A program made the translations under genes and the position numbers. Of a stretch of 64,000 nt of DNA, positions 17,308 to 27,224 are shown piece by piece. The stretch spans positions 23,092 to 87,091 of the forward strand of contig DAOUKM010000008.1 of assembly GCA_034421295.1 (NCBI GenBank). Direction: 5' to 3'. The notes under the pieces were generated by a model. It did no database searches. It was not told the origin of the DNA and saw only the letters and a list, made by a program, of their open reading frames with translations. Each line of letters opens with the position of its first letter. The first letter of the stretch is position 1. The stretch comes from Dehalococcoidia bacterium (GTDB taxonomy: Bacteria > Chloroflexota > Dehalococcoidia > Lucifugimonadales > UBA2962).

Positions 17308-18840
17308 CTAGTCGAGCCCTGCTGCGATCTTCTCGGCCACCATGAGGGTCGGCAGGTTGGTGTTGGCCCTGGGTACCGCCGGCATGATCGATGCGTCCGC
17401 AACGTAGAGTCCCTCTGCTCCATAGACCCTGCCTGACGAATCGACGACGGCGCCGGCATCGGAGCCGGGACCCATCTTGCAGGTGCCGACAGGGTGGTAG
17501 TAGTGGAGACCGAAGCGACCGACTTCCTCCGCCGACACGATGCCGGCCGTATCGTCCAGCTCCTCCCCTATCAGCCCGGCAAGGGCCGGTTGCCTTGCGA
17601 TCTCCCTGCCGATCGCCACCCCGTCCATGAGCTCGGCGAGGTCGTCGCCGTCCGCATCGGTAAAGTAGCCGGTGTCGATCACGGGGCTGCTCGACGGATC
17701 GATGTCGCGCAGGGCCAGACGGCCCCGGGACCGCGGAGCCATGTGCGCAACGAACATCGTGCACTCCCACCTTCCCGACCCGTCAGGAGCTACCGTTGAG
17801 ACGGGCGCTATGTGAAGGTCGAAAGCCTCGCTGCACCGGCTACTGCGAACCTTGGCCAGGCTCTGCTCGGCGAAGACGGTCCTGCCGGCGGCGACGAAAT
17901 CCTCCATCAGGGAGTCAAATGACTGCGTGCCGTAGTACCTCATGCTGAAGCTGGGATGATCATGGAGATTGCGCCCGACGCCGGGGAGATCGATTCGGGT
18001 TGAGATCCCCAGGGGTGAGAGCTCCTCAGGCGGGCCGATGCCGGAGCGGAGCAGGACGGCGGGTGACCCGTATGCGCCGGCGCACAGCACTATCCGCCCC
18101 GCCTCGACCGTGGCCGTCTCGCCCGCCCGGACAAAGTCGACCGAGACCGCTCTGGAGCGGCGCAGATTGATCCTGTCCACCAGGGCGTCCCCGACCACGG
18201 TCACATGCCCCCGATCACGCACCGGATCGAGATATGCAAAGTGTGTGCCCCACCGCATGCCCTTCCATATGTTGACCGGGGAAGGAGCCGCTCCGACATC
18301 TTCGTCCATGTCATTCAGGTCCGCCGTCGGACCGATCCCGGCAGCGATCATCGCCTCAAGACATGCCCTGTGGTACGGAGTTATCTCCTCCGGCTCAAAG
18401 CTGCGGACCCGCAACCGCCTAGCCGCACTTCGGAAGTGGGGAAGAACCTCCTCCGTCGACCATCCATCGCTGCCCGCCGCCGCCCAGCCGTCGTAATCGA
18501 CGCGGCTGCCCCACAGAGCGATGCAGCCGTTATGCGCTGAGCATCCGCCGATCACCCTGGCCCGCTGAAGGCCGTGGCCGGGCTGGCCCCTTGACGCCGC
18601 GCTCGTGTATGACCAGTCATGGGTATCACCTATGACATTGCCCCTGAGCAGCTCGGTCGGCCAGCGCCCCTCCGAGAGGTGGCCGTAATCCGGCCCGGCC
18701 TCCAGCAGCAGGACCGACCCGCGACCACGCTCGGCCACGAGGCCCGCCACGGCGGCGCCCCCGGTCCCGCCGCCAATTACCACCGTATCCGCGTAACGGG
18801 GAAGCTGCGAGTTGGTCATATCTTCAGTCCATCCTTGCAC
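17308..18840 (-). CDS. GMC-family oxidoreductase (choline dehydrogenase-like)
   Basis: TVVIGGGTGGAAVAG ADP-binding motif and C-terminal HPVGTCKMG...VVDSSGRVYGAEGLYVADASIMP signature. GTG at 18840, or ATG at 18819. Confidence 0.9.
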   Translation of the reverse strand: MQGWTEDMTNSQLPRYADTVVIGGGTGGAAVAGLVAERGRGSVLLLEAGPDYGHLSEGRWPTELLRGNVIGDTHDWSYTSAASRGQPGHGLQRARVIGGCSAHNGCIALWGSRVDYDGWAAAGSDGWSTEEVLPHFRSAARRLRVRSFEPEEITPYHRACLEAMIAAGIGPTADLNDMDEDVGAAPSPVNIWKGMRWGTHFAYLDPVRDRGHVTVVGDALVDRINLRRSRAVSVDFVRAGETATVEAGRIVLCAGAYGSPAVLLRSGIGPPEELSPLGISTRIDLPGVGRNLHDHPSFSMRYYGTQSFDSLMEDFVAAGRTVFAEQSLAKVRSSRCSEAFDLHIAPVSTVAPDGSGRWECTMFVAHMAPRSRGRLALRDIDPSSSPVIDTGYFTDADGDDLAELMDGVAIGREIARQPALAGLIGEELDDTAGIVSAEEVGRFGLHYYHPVGTCKMGPGSDAGAVVDSSGRVYGAEGLYVADASIMPAVPRANTNLPTLMVAEKIAAGLD

Positions 18841-18981
18841 TTGTCACCCGGCCCGCAGAGCCGCGGACAGGGAATTGCCGAATTCTTAAAGGGGAGCTTC
18901 CGCTCCGGTCATCGCACCTGTCGAACTTCACTGGCCGCCATCTCTTCCCGGCCCACCTATCAGCCACGTCATCCGGGTCCC

Positions 18982-20691
18982 CTAGTAACCCTCCGCATGG
19001 GCCGCGTGGAAGGTGTCGACCCCAGCTGTGATATCGCCGGTCGCCGGCCTGATGACGGCCACCGGGCTGCCGAAGCTGGCGAATCCGGTTACGGCGTACT
19101 CGGGGCCCATCACGGTCAGCCGGTGGCCGCGTTCCTCAAGGCGGTTGCGCACGTTCTCATCCAGTTCGGCCGGCACGCTTGTGCGCGGCGTTGAGCAGTC
19201 GACCCTGGGTGCATCGATCGCCTGCTGGGGGCCCATTCCGAAGTCGACCATGTTAGAGATCAGCTGGCTGACCGCATTGGTTATTCGCCGCCCACCGGTG
19301 ACACCCGCTGCGATGCATGTCCCGTCCCTTCCGAGCACCAGGGCGGGCGCTGCGTTGTTGAGAGGCCAGCGACCCGGGAGGATCGAGTTGACCCTGCCGG
19401 GAATCGGATCGAACCACATCATCCCGTTGTTCATGAGCACGCCGGTGCCGCGAGGCACCACCCCTGATCCGAAGCCTCCGCCCACCGTGTTCGTAAAGGA
19501 GACGGCGTTGCCCTCTTCGTCGATCACACACAGGTGGGTCGTTCCGTCGTCCAGCGCCGGTGCCGAGGGCGCAAACACCCGCTCAGGCCTCCTCCCCTCC
19601 TCCACCCAGGGATCGCCCGCCGACCAGACCTGCGGAGCCACCGCCCCGATCTCGGCGCGGCGCCGGTCCGAATACGCGTCCGACAGCAGCCCTTTCCAGG
19701 GAACGTCCACCGTCGCGGGATCAGCCAGATACACGTAGCGGTCCGCGTAGGCCATGCGCGCCGAGCTTATGAAGGCGTGAAGGGACTCGACGGAGTTGTG
19801 CCCCATGGCAGGCAGGTCGAAGCCTGCCAGGAGCTTGAGGGTCATCGCCGTGGTGACGCCTGCCGTCGCGTGCGGGGGCACACGCACCGTCAGGCCGCGA
19901 TAGTCGATCTCCATGCCTCTGTTCCACACGAACGGCCGATATGCGGCGAGATCCTCCGCGGTCAGGATCCCACCCTCTGCACGAATGCCCTCGACGATCG
20001 CCTTTGCCAGATCTCCCCTGTAGAACGCGTCGGCACCCTCCCGGCCAATGGCCTCCATCGTGTCCGCAAGGTCCGGCTGGCACAGGTTCCCGGGGCGGAA
20101 GTTGTCGCCGGCGGGCATCTTTCCGCCGGGCATGAAGATGCGGGAGAGCTCTGCGTGGCGAAATAGCATGTCCGAGAGCAGCCCGAACGCGTAAAGGTTG
20201 TGCCAGCCCGGGGTGAATCCGTCGCGTGCAAGTCGCACGGCCGGGGCCACGACCTCAGGAAGAGGAACCCTCCCGAAGAGCCGGTGTGCCTCGCACATCG
20301 CGGCCACAACGCCCGGGACGCCGATTGACATGGCGCCCTGCAGATTGGCATCTCCCTCCACCTCGGCCCACCCGAACGGTCCGGTCGCGGACCCGCCGGT
20401 GAGGGTGAACATGGTGGGCTCGGCCGATAACGGCGCGGGCATGTGCCCGCCCACTACACCGCCCTCGTCCCCCATCTGGTAGACGATGTAACCGCCGCCG
20501 CCTATGGTCGCCGAGTTGGGCTCTACCACCCCGCTCGCAAAGCAGGCGGCGACCGCGGCATCGACGGCGTTCCCGCCCGCCCGCAGCAGCTCCAGCCCCG
20601 CCCTGGTCGCGTGGGGATCCTTCGTGGCAACCATGGCGCGCTCCGCCCGGGCCTCTAACTTGCTGATCGTGGTGACGGTGGGCTGGCTCAT
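18982..20691 (-). CDS. ggt: gamma-glutamyltransferase
   Basis: MVATKDPHATRAGLELLRAGGNAVDAAVA N-terminus, autoprocessing/nucleophile region DDGTTHLCVIDEEGNAVSFTNTV, and GSGVVP. ATG at 20691 has GGAGGA 4 nt upstream. The ORF-track extension to 20955 is rejected. Confidence 0.9.
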   Translation of the reverse strand: MSQPTVTTISKLEARAERAMVATKDPHATRAGLELLRAGGNAVDAAVAACFASGVVEPNSATIGGGGYIVYQMGDEGGVVGGHMPAPLSAEPTMFTLTGGSATGPFGWAEVEGDANLQGAMSIGVPGVVAAMCEAHRLFGRVPLPEVVAPAVRLARDGFTPGWHNLYAFGLLSDMLFRHAELSRIFMPGGKMPAGDNFRPGNLCQPDLADTMEAIGREGADAFYRGDLAKAIVEGIRAEGGILTAEDLAAYRPFVWNRGMEIDYRGLTVRVPPHATAGVTTAMTLKLLAGFDLPAMGHNSVESLHAFISSARMAYADRYVYLADPATVDVPWKGLLSDAYSDRRRAEIGAVAPQVWSAGDPWVEEGRRPERVFAPSAPALDDGTTHLCVIDEEGNAVSFTNTVGGGFGSGVVPRGTGVLMNNGMMWFDPIPGRVNSILPGRWPLNNAAPALVLGRDGTCIAAGVTGGRRITNAVSQLISNMVDFGMGPQQAIDAPRVDCSTPRTSVPAELDENVRNRLEERGHRLTVMGPEYAVTGFASFGSPVAVIRPATGDITAGVDTFHAAHAEGY

Positions 20692-20706
20692 TTCGTCCTC
20701 CATGCG

Positions 20707-20733
20707 GCGGCCCCGGTGCCTGCCCGGGGCCGC
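20707..20733 (-). other. 10-bp all-GC perfect hairpin in the ggt 5' region
   Basis: GCGGCCCCGG (20707-20716), a 7-nt loop, then CCGGGGCCGC (20724-20733). On the minus strand it ends 15 nt upstream of the preferred ggt ATG (20691). Confidence 0.5.
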
Positions 20734-20888
20734 TATATGGATGGTGGTCTGTTTCAGCAGACCCGTCAACGCCGCAACCGGCACGCAGCCATTAGCCTGA
20801 GGGGCGGCGGGGCCTGCCCCGTCAGGCCCACGCGAGAGCGCGTCCATCGAATCGTCCGCTGTATACTCCCGACGGTGAGGTGGACGAC

Positions 20889-21938
20889 ATGACCTGCATG
20901 AAGGGCAAGGTGCAAACGGTACTGGGACCGATAGATCCATCCGAGCTGGGTCCAACGGTTACGCATGAGCACCTGCTGATCGACCTTCGGCCCTATTTCC
21001 AGATGCCAGAGGAGGCGACCGCCCGCGGGGACGTGGAGAGGGAACTCACGTTCGACATGGTCGGCCGCAGCCGCATCGTGTTCATGTACAACTTCGACCA
21101 GATGACCCTGCTCGATGAGCAGGTCGCCCTGCGGGAGATCACCCGCTACAGGCTGTGGGGCGGAGGCTCGCTGGTCGACGCCACATCCATCGGCATAGCC
21201 AGGGACCCACTTGCCCTTGCACGCATCTCAAGGGCCACGGGCCTGAACATAGTCATGGGGTCCAGCTACTACGTGCCCCTTTCTCACCCGCCCGACATGG
21301 ACGAGCGGACGGAGGACGAGATCGCCTCCGAGATAGTTCGGGACCTGACCGTGGGCGTCGGCGAAACGGGGATAAGGAGCGGCATCATCGGGGAGATAGG
21401 CTGCTGGAACCCGATGTCCGACAACGTCGAAAAGGTGCTCAGGGCGTCGGTGGCCGCCCAGCAGGAGACCGGCGCGGCCATCCTCATACACCCGCCCTTC
21501 CTTTCCGACGGGCCCGGATGGATCGTCGAGATCCTGCAGCAGGCCGGAGCAGACCTCGGGCGGGTGATAGTGGGCCACCTCGACTACATCCTCACGGAGC
21601 CCGAGCAGCTGCTCAGGCTTGCCGCCTCAGGCTGCTACATGGAGTGGGACCTGCTCGGGAACGAGGACACCTCGGGCAATCCTATCGCGCCGCTGGACCG
21701 CGTAAATGACGACAGGCGGCTGGACAACATCCGGGCGATGATCGACGCCGGTTACGGCGAACGCATCGTCGTCGCGCACGACGTGTGCACCAAGGGACAG
21801 CTGATCGAGCGCGGCGGCAAGGGCTATGCCCATCTACTGGAGAACGTCGTCCCGCGAATGAGGCTCAAGGGCTTTACCGACGTTGAGATCGACGACATAG
21901 TCACCAACAACCCGGCCCGAATCCTCGCCTGGGCCTGA
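20889..21938 (+). CDS. phosphotriesterase-related protein (PTER/Php family amidohydrolase), paralogue 1
   Basis: VQTVLGPIDPSELGPTVTHEHLLIDL metal-binding HxH start, GIRSGIIGEIGC, VAHDVC. Possible starts are ATG 20889, ATG 20898 or GTG 20880. Confidence 0.88.
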   Translation: MTCMKGKVQTVLGPIDPSELGPTVTHEHLLIDLRPYFQMPEEATARGDVERELTFDMVGRSRIVFMYNFDQMTLLDEQVALREITRYRLWGGGSLVDATSIGIARDPLALARISRATGLNIVMGSSYYVPLSHPPDMDERTEDEIASEIVRDLTVGVGETGIRSGIIGEIGCWNPMSDNVEKVLRASVAAQQETGAAILIHPPFLSDGPGWIVEILQQAGADLGRVIVGHLDYILTEPEQLLRLAASGCYMEWDLLGNEDTSGNPIAPLDRVNDDRRLDNIRAMIDAGYGERIVVAHDVCTKGQLIERGGKGYAHLLENVVPRMRLKGFTDVEIDDIVTNNPARILAWA

Positions 21939-21969
21939 CCCCCCTCCCGGCGGGTCCGTGCCCCCGGTG

Positions 21970-23610
21970 CTAGGCGAACTCTTCCGGGGCGCGGCTGTTC
22001 TCGAACCTGGTCTTGGCGTCGATGAGCACCGTTCTGCCCTCGGCGTTCAGCCGGCGCGCCCTGACCAGCGCCGGGCCCAGCTCGCCAGGCCCTGTCACGC
22101 GAATCCCCTCCGCGCCCATCGCGGTCGCCAGACCCGCGTAGTCGCCCTGCATGATCGACACCCCAAAGTTCTCACGCGCGGTCGGAAAGCCGCCCGGGTA
22201 GGTGGCCATGCCACCGTTGTTCAGTACAACCGTGGTGATCGGTATGCCGGCCCTCGCGGACGTCTCAATGTCGAGGCCGGACATGCCGAAGGCGGCATCG
22301 CCCATCAGGTTCAGACAGAACCTGTTCGGCATCGCCTGCTTGGCTCCTATCATCAGCGGGATGCTAAATCCCAGGTGCGTCGTCTTTCCCCAGCCGACGT
22401 AACTGTGGGGGCTGGTCGCAGTAAAGAACGGGACCATCTGGTCGCGCGGCGCCCCGGCGTCATGCGTGACTATGCTGCCCGCAAGGTCCAGGTTCCTGTT
22501 GAGCTCGTGGATCACCCGGTATGGGTTGATGGGCTCGTCATCGTCCTCAAGGTAGCGGTGCCACCGGGCAAGCCACTCGCCCCTCACCGCAGCGATCCGA
22601 TCACGGACGCCGGTTTCCCTGGGCTCTTCGGCGACCTCGCCCTTTGCCGCGTCGATCAGGTCGAGCAGCGTCAGCTTCGTATCGCCGATCAGCCCGATCG
22701 AAGAGGCGACGTCCTTGTTTATCTCCTCGGGGTTGAGCACGTTGTGAATCACGGTCTTGCCCGCGGGTATGGCCTGGCCGTAGGGCGTTTCGGTCAGCGA
22801 GGTGCCGAGCGCCAGCAGCACGTCGCAATCGTCGAGCCACCGCCGCGCGGCCAGGGTGGTGTTCATACTCCCGGCGCCGACCGAAAGGGGATGACGCTCG
22901 TCGAAGGCCGACTTTCCCGGCATGGTCGTATAGACCGGCACATCCAGAAGTTCGGCGAACTCCCTGAGCTCGTCGGTGGCACCTGCCGAGAGCACGCCGG
23001 CCCCGGCCCAGATAAGGGGGCTCCTCCCGGAGGCGACCGCCCTTACCGCATCCCGCACATCGGAGCTCGACGGCCTGCATGTCGAGACCGGCGGGGAGGT
23101 GTAGGTAGCCGACGACTCCGGGACGGCCCCATCGCAGACGTCAAGCGGCATCTCCACCACGACCGGGGCTCCCCGTCCGTTGCGAAGGGCGTGGAACGCC
23201 CGGCGCATGACATCGGCTATCTGGTCCGTCCTTGTGACCAGCTGTGCGCTCTTTACCACCGTCTCCCAGCTGCGGGCGGCCACGAAGTTCGGCCGCACTA
23301 GGATGCGGTCCAGTGGATTGCCGCCGGGCAGCACCAGGATCGGAACATTGTCGGCGTTGGCCTGGGCCAGCCCGCCGACGGAGTTCTCCGCGCCTGCCTG
23401 GGCCTGCACGGCCACCACTCCGAACCTGCGCCTGTCGCTGACCCGCGAATATCCGTCGGCCGCCATCACCGCCCCCCGTTCGTGCCTGAAGGCCACGGGA
23501 CGGATGCCCTCCTTAGCCACCTCCTCGATGATCGGGTTCGAAAGGTAGCAGGGTAGCCAGTCGGTGCCCTCCCGCCTGAGTATTCGGGCTATGTACTCAA
23601 AGCCGTTCAA
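21970..23610 (-). CDS. thiamine-diphosphate-dependent enzyme (acetolactate synthase/sulfoacetaldehyde acetyltransferase-like)
   Basis: Three-domain TPP-enzyme layout with the TPP motif GDAAFGMSGLDIETSARAGIPITTVVLNNGG. TTG start with GGAAGGA 7 nt upstream. Confidence 0.85.
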   Translation of the reverse strand: MNGFEYIARILRREGTDWLPCYLSNPIIEEVAKEGIRPVAFRHERGAVMAADGYSRVSDRRRFGVVAVQAQAGAENSVGGLAQANADNVPILVLPGGNPLDRILVRPNFVAARSWETVVKSAQLVTRTDQIADVMRRAFHALRNGRGAPVVVEMPLDVCDGAVPESSATYTSPPVSTCRPSSSDVRDAVRAVASGRSPLIWAGAGVLSAGATDELREFAELLDVPVYTTMPGKSAFDERHPLSVGAGSMNTTLAARRWLDDCDVLLALGTSLTETPYGQAIPAGKTVIHNVLNPEEINKDVASSIGLIGDTKLTLLDLIDAAKGEVAEEPRETGVRDRIAAVRGEWLARWHRYLEDDDEPINPYRVIHELNRNLDLAGSIVTHDAGAPRDQMVPFFTATSPHSYVGWGKTTHLGFSIPLMIGAKQAMPNRFCLNLMGDAAFGMSGLDIETSARAGIPITTVVLNNGGMATYPGGFPTARENFGVSIMQGDYAGLATAMGAEGIRVTGPGELGPALVRARRLNAEGRTVLIDAKTRFENSRAPEEFA

Positions 23611-23662
23611 TAGGATTTCCTTCCAAGCGCGGCCGATCGCCGGGCCATAGTCGATTTGTAGT

Positions 23663-23681
23663 CCCCGGACCGCGTCCGGGG
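23663..23681 (-). terminator. 8-bp GC hairpin downstream of the ketopantoate-reductase-like gene
   Basis: CCCCGGAC-CGC-GTCCGGGG, 53 nt after the stop at 23734. There is no U-tract, so a terminator role is tentative. Confidence 0.3.
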
Positions 23682-23733
23682 CAGAGAATGATACCGATTT
23701 CCCTCCCCAGGGCCGATCACCCGCCGGCCGGGG

Positions 23734-24771
23734 TCAGGGGACCTGCGCCAGGTTCTCGACCGAGGGCGTCAGCTCTCCTGACTCGACTCGATTTGCGAGA
23801 GACCGGATGGCATCGTTAACGGGAGTGGCGATGCCGACCTCGGCGCCCATGCGGGACACGTATCCGTTGAGGTGGTCGACCTCGATGCGGCGGCCCTTCA
23901 TCAGATCCTGCGCCAGTGAGGGGCGACCGACGCCCACCTCGCGGGCACCGGAAACCAGGACCCCCTCAATCTCCTCCATGACCGCCCCGTCGACAAGGGC
24001 GCGCGGGTAGAGTTCCGCCCTGACGCCGGTGATCGGCTCAATCGACACCCCGTGAGCCGTGCCGACGGTAACCACCTCGGCCGCTATGCGGATCGAGACA
24101 CGGCGGCTCGCCTCGACCTCCCGCAGCTCCGCAGACTTCAGCCCCGTGGCCCCGGCCACCGCATTGGCCATGGAGTTGACGCACAGCTTCGACCAGCGCT
24201 CGCCCCACAGGTTGGTCGTGGTTGAAACGTTCCCTCCGGAAACACTGTCCAGTATGTCCACCACCTCGCGCACCCGCGGCGTCACAAGGCCGCTGGGCTC
24301 ACCGACCGTAAAGGGCTTGCGCTCGGCGGGGCTGGTGTAGGTTATGTGGCCGGGGTCGTACATGCCGGCCCCGAAGGTGACCACCGCGCCGACCACCCGG
24401 GTCCAACCGACGACCGAAGCGATGGTCCCGTCGTTGATCGAGTTCTGCGCCGAGACGATGTAGCCGCCGGGCGCAAGGTGCGGCCTGATGAAATGGCACG
24501 CCCACTCGGTGTCGTAGGACTTGAGCGCGAGGAAGACGACGTCGAACAGTCCGCCCGAGATCGACACGTCAGCCAGGTGCAGCGCGGCCGCCGGGCGTGC
24601 GACAAACTCATCCTCCAGGGTCGTGACCCTGATCCCATCGGCCCGGATCGCCTCGACGTTGTCGGGCCAGATGTCGATCACCGTAACCTCCACCCCGGCC
24701 CTGGCCAGGAAGGCGGCAATGCTCCCGCCGATCGCTCCCGCCCCCAATACGGCGATTCGCTTTTCCGTCAT
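23734..24771 (-). CDS. 2-dehydropantoate 2-reductase family protein (PanE/ApbA-like)
   Basis: IAVLGAGAIGGSIAAFLARAG Rossmann start, 345 aa. Its ATG (24771-24769) overlaps the upstream stop in an ATGA arrangement. Confidence 0.8.
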   Translation of the reverse strand: MTEKRIAVLGAGAIGGSIAAFLARAGVEVTVIDIWPDNVEAIRADGIRVTTLEDEFVARPAAALHLADVSISGGLFDVVFLALKSYDTEWACHFIRPHLAPGGYIVSAQNSINDGTIASVVGWTRVVGAVVTFGAGMYDPGHITYTSPAERKPFTVGEPSGLVTPRVREVVDILDSVSGGNVSTTTNLWGERWSKLCVNSMANAVAGATGLKSAELREVEASRRVSIRIAAEVVTVGTAHGVSIEPITGVRAELYPRALVDGAVMEEIEGVLVSGAREVGVGRPSLAQDLMKGRRIEVDHLNGYVSRMGAEVGIATPVNDAIRSLANRVESGELTPSVENLAQVP

Positions 24772-27038
24772 GCTCTGTCTCCTGGTTCAGTAGGTATCGG
24801 CGGCAAGGGCTCGTCCGAGACGAACCTCCTCATGACGTTGCCGGTGATGCGCGACACGTTGTTGTCGTAGTCGTTGTACGACAGAACGCCGCACCAGTCT
24901 ATGGAGCCGACCGAGAAGACCCCGCCGCCCCTGGGTCCCTCAAAGTAGGTCATGTCCGACCGCACGAACGGGTTGACCTCCCCATGCTGCAGCGAGTCGG
25001 TGATCGCGACCTCCTCTATCACATGATGGTAGACCTTCGAGTGGCGTCCCGCCGAGGTCGCAAGGAGCAGGGTGTGCCGGGGCGTTCCAAGCTCGAAGTC
25101 CAGGCGGTCGATCTCGTCTCCGGCAGCCCCGTGCGCCAGCATGAGCGAAGGGTAATCGCCGATCAATTCATCCTCGCCGATCCCCTCGAAGATGAACGCA
25201 GCCCGCGGATCGAACGAGCCCGGCAAGCGCTCGTAGGGGGAGTTAAAGTCGAATCCCTGGGCGGTGAAACCCACCCCGAACATCTTCTGCGGCGGTCGGG
25301 CGCGCTTTCGCCATATCCCCCCGAGTTCGCCTGTGGTCGAGTGGTAGTACTCACCGGGCTCCGCCTCCCAGACGTCGGTGCCGCCCCAGCGACGGATCTC
25401 GATCACGTGCGGTCTTTCAGGATCGAACGAGGTCACCCAGTAAAAGCCGTTGCCTCCGAGATACATCGCCCGGCCGCCGCCGGCAAGGTAGGTCTCAACC
25501 GCCTCCAGCATCTGGCGAGACCAGTACTCCGGGTGACTGCCTATCACCAGCACCCTGTAGGGTGCCAGCAGCGCCGCCCCGTCGAAGTGAAGGTCCTCTG
25601 AACAGAACACGTCGAAGGCAAAGCCCTGCTGCTCCATCCAGTCGGCGATGATCAGGTCCGCCCCCATCGCGTGGGGACCCCCACGGGCCGGGTATATGAA
25701 GTCGGGGCGCATGTTCAGTATGGGTACCCTGCGGGTCTGGTAGGGCACCCCGCTGCCGTCCCTCTTGTGGTCGTACATCGAGTGCAGGCCGTTCTGCAGG
25801 ATGTAGTCGATCTCCTCCAGGTGGATGTCCTTTCTCCAGTTCGGCAGCAGCTCGGCAGGGATCACATCCTCTCCCTCCGGGTTGAGCACGTGCTCGTTGC
25901 CGTAGGCCAGGTAGGTGTTGGTCTCCAGCAGGAAGGCGATCTTGGACTGGGGCACACCGACGTGCGGGCGTATGAAGAAGGGTATGTGGTCGGTCGCATC
26001 GCCGGCCGATGTCCGCAGGGCGTAGATCCCGCTGCGCGCATCCTCGGGCACCGGGTACTCTACGCTGACATCCCAGCCGGCATCGTCTATGTCCTCTTCA
26101 TGGAAGTGGATCGCCCCGTATTCGCCCGGTCTGAGCGCGGGGTTGTACTCCTCGCCGCTCCAGTTTCGGCCGATGACCGCCCGGTGCGGCAGGTTGACAA
26201 CAGTCCCGTGAAGCCCGTTGGACGACGTATCGGTGGCGACCTGCGTGGACATGCCGATCGAAAAGTCCCATGCGGCGACGAGGGAGGAGCCGGCGACGTC
26301 GACCGGATCGGCCCCTCCGCACAGGGCGTCGATCTCATCGGCAGCGAGCGGGCGGTCGAAGATGCGTGGAGAATCGATCTTCCCGTTGAATACCTTGTGG
26401 TGACGGCCGTCCCCGCCGGGCGAAGCGGCGATCATCAGTGGCCCGCCCGATGGCGCGACGGCGCCTACCGGTACGCGCTTTTCCACCGTGGCGACCTCGC
26501 CCCCCGAGGTCCAGCCAAGCGGCCTCTGGCTCATGCGGACGATCCCCGCACCGCCCTCGAAGCTGACGGCGACGAAGTACCACTCGGGACTTTGCAGCCT
26601 GCGGCCGGTGACGACGCACTCGCTCGCCGATCCATCTCCGACCCACAGGGCCAGATCGCCGTTTCTCGAGACGAACAGGCCGTAGCCGCTGTCACCGTCC
26701 CGAGAGAGCTTGGTCACCAGGGCCTGCGGGCTCTTTTTTTCCGGCCAGGTGGGCCATATCCAGGCGGTGATGGTAAAGCCGCCTGAAAGATCCAGGAGCG
26801 GGCTGTCCGGGACGGTCACGTGAGATCCACCGTGAAGGAACTGCTCGTTGCCCTCGTATTCGCCCTCGATGGAGGATTCGACCGGTTCGGTCTTGAGGCC
26901 CGGTCCACGCGGGTTGGGGTCGCCGTGGACGAGCCGGACGACCTGCGCCCGATATCTGGGCGCCCTTGAAGAAATGTGAAAGCCGACGGTCTCGCCAGGG
27001 CGGACGCTGAACCTGTCGGGGTAGCCGGTTAGCTGCAT
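24768..27038 (-). CDS. N,N-dimethylformamidase large (beta) subunit-like protein with an N-terminal LamG/concanavalin-like region
   Basis: The length class (~756-762 aa) and overall sequence recall DMFase large-subunit family proteins. ATG at 27038 has GGGGG 5 nt upstream; TTG at 27056 is an alternative. Family assignment is from memory and unverified. Confidence 0.65.
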   Translation of the reverse strand: MQLTGYPDRFSVRPGETVGFHISSRAPRYRAQVVRLVHGDPNPRGPGLKTEPVESSIEGEYEGNEQFLHGGSHVTVPDSPLLDLSGGFTITAWIWPTWPEKKSPQALVTKLSRDGDSGYGLFVSRNGDLALWVGDGSASECVVTGRRLQSPEWYFVAVSFEGGAGIVRMSQRPLGWTSGGEVATVEKRVPVGAVAPSGGPLMIAASPGGDGRHHKVFNGKIDSPRIFDRPLAADEIDALCGGADPVDVAGSSLVAAWDFSIGMSTQVATDTSSNGLHGTVVNLPHRAVIGRNWSGEEYNPALRPGEYGAIHFHEEDIDDAGWDVSVEYPVPEDARSGIYALRTSAGDATDHIPFFIRPHVGVPQSKIAFLLETNTYLAYGNEHVLNPEGEDVIPAELLPNWRKDIHLEEIDYILQNGLHSMYDHKRDGSGVPYQTRRVPILNMRPDFIYPARGGPHAMGADLIIADWMEQQGFAFDVFCSEDLHFDGAALLAPYRVLVIGSHPEYWSRQMLEAVETYLAGGGRAMYLGGNGFYWVTSFDPERPHVIEIRRWGGTDVWEAEPGEYYHSTTGELGGIWRKRARPPQKMFGVGFTAQGFDFNSPYERLPGSFDPRAAFIFEGIGEDELIGDYPSLMLAHGAAGDEIDRLDFELGTPRHTLLLATSAGRHSKVYHHVIEEVAITDSLQHGEVNPFVRSDMTYFEGPRGGGVFSVGSIDWCGVLSYNDYDNNVSRITGNVMRRFVSDEPLPPIPTEPGDRA

Positions 27039-27224
27039 TGTGCCCCCTGATACCAAGTGTTGTGAAAGCTGCCGGAATTATAGGCGCGGCAGCAGGGCGC
27101 GTCGACCGAGCATCCCCGGCCACGCGCCGGGCGTCCAGCCGACCGTTGACCGGCCCATCGGCCGCTGATACTCTGGCCGCCAATAGTGCGGCGTCGCCGT
27201 GCAGCACAGCAACGGAGGAAAGCC

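Noticed and set aside
20692-20955. N-terminal extension of ggt to the ORF-track start
   Set aside because: The extension is non-homologous and Cys/Pro/Arg-rich. It would contain the 10-bp GC hairpin. A GGAGGA-preceded ATG at 20691 gives a normal GGT length.
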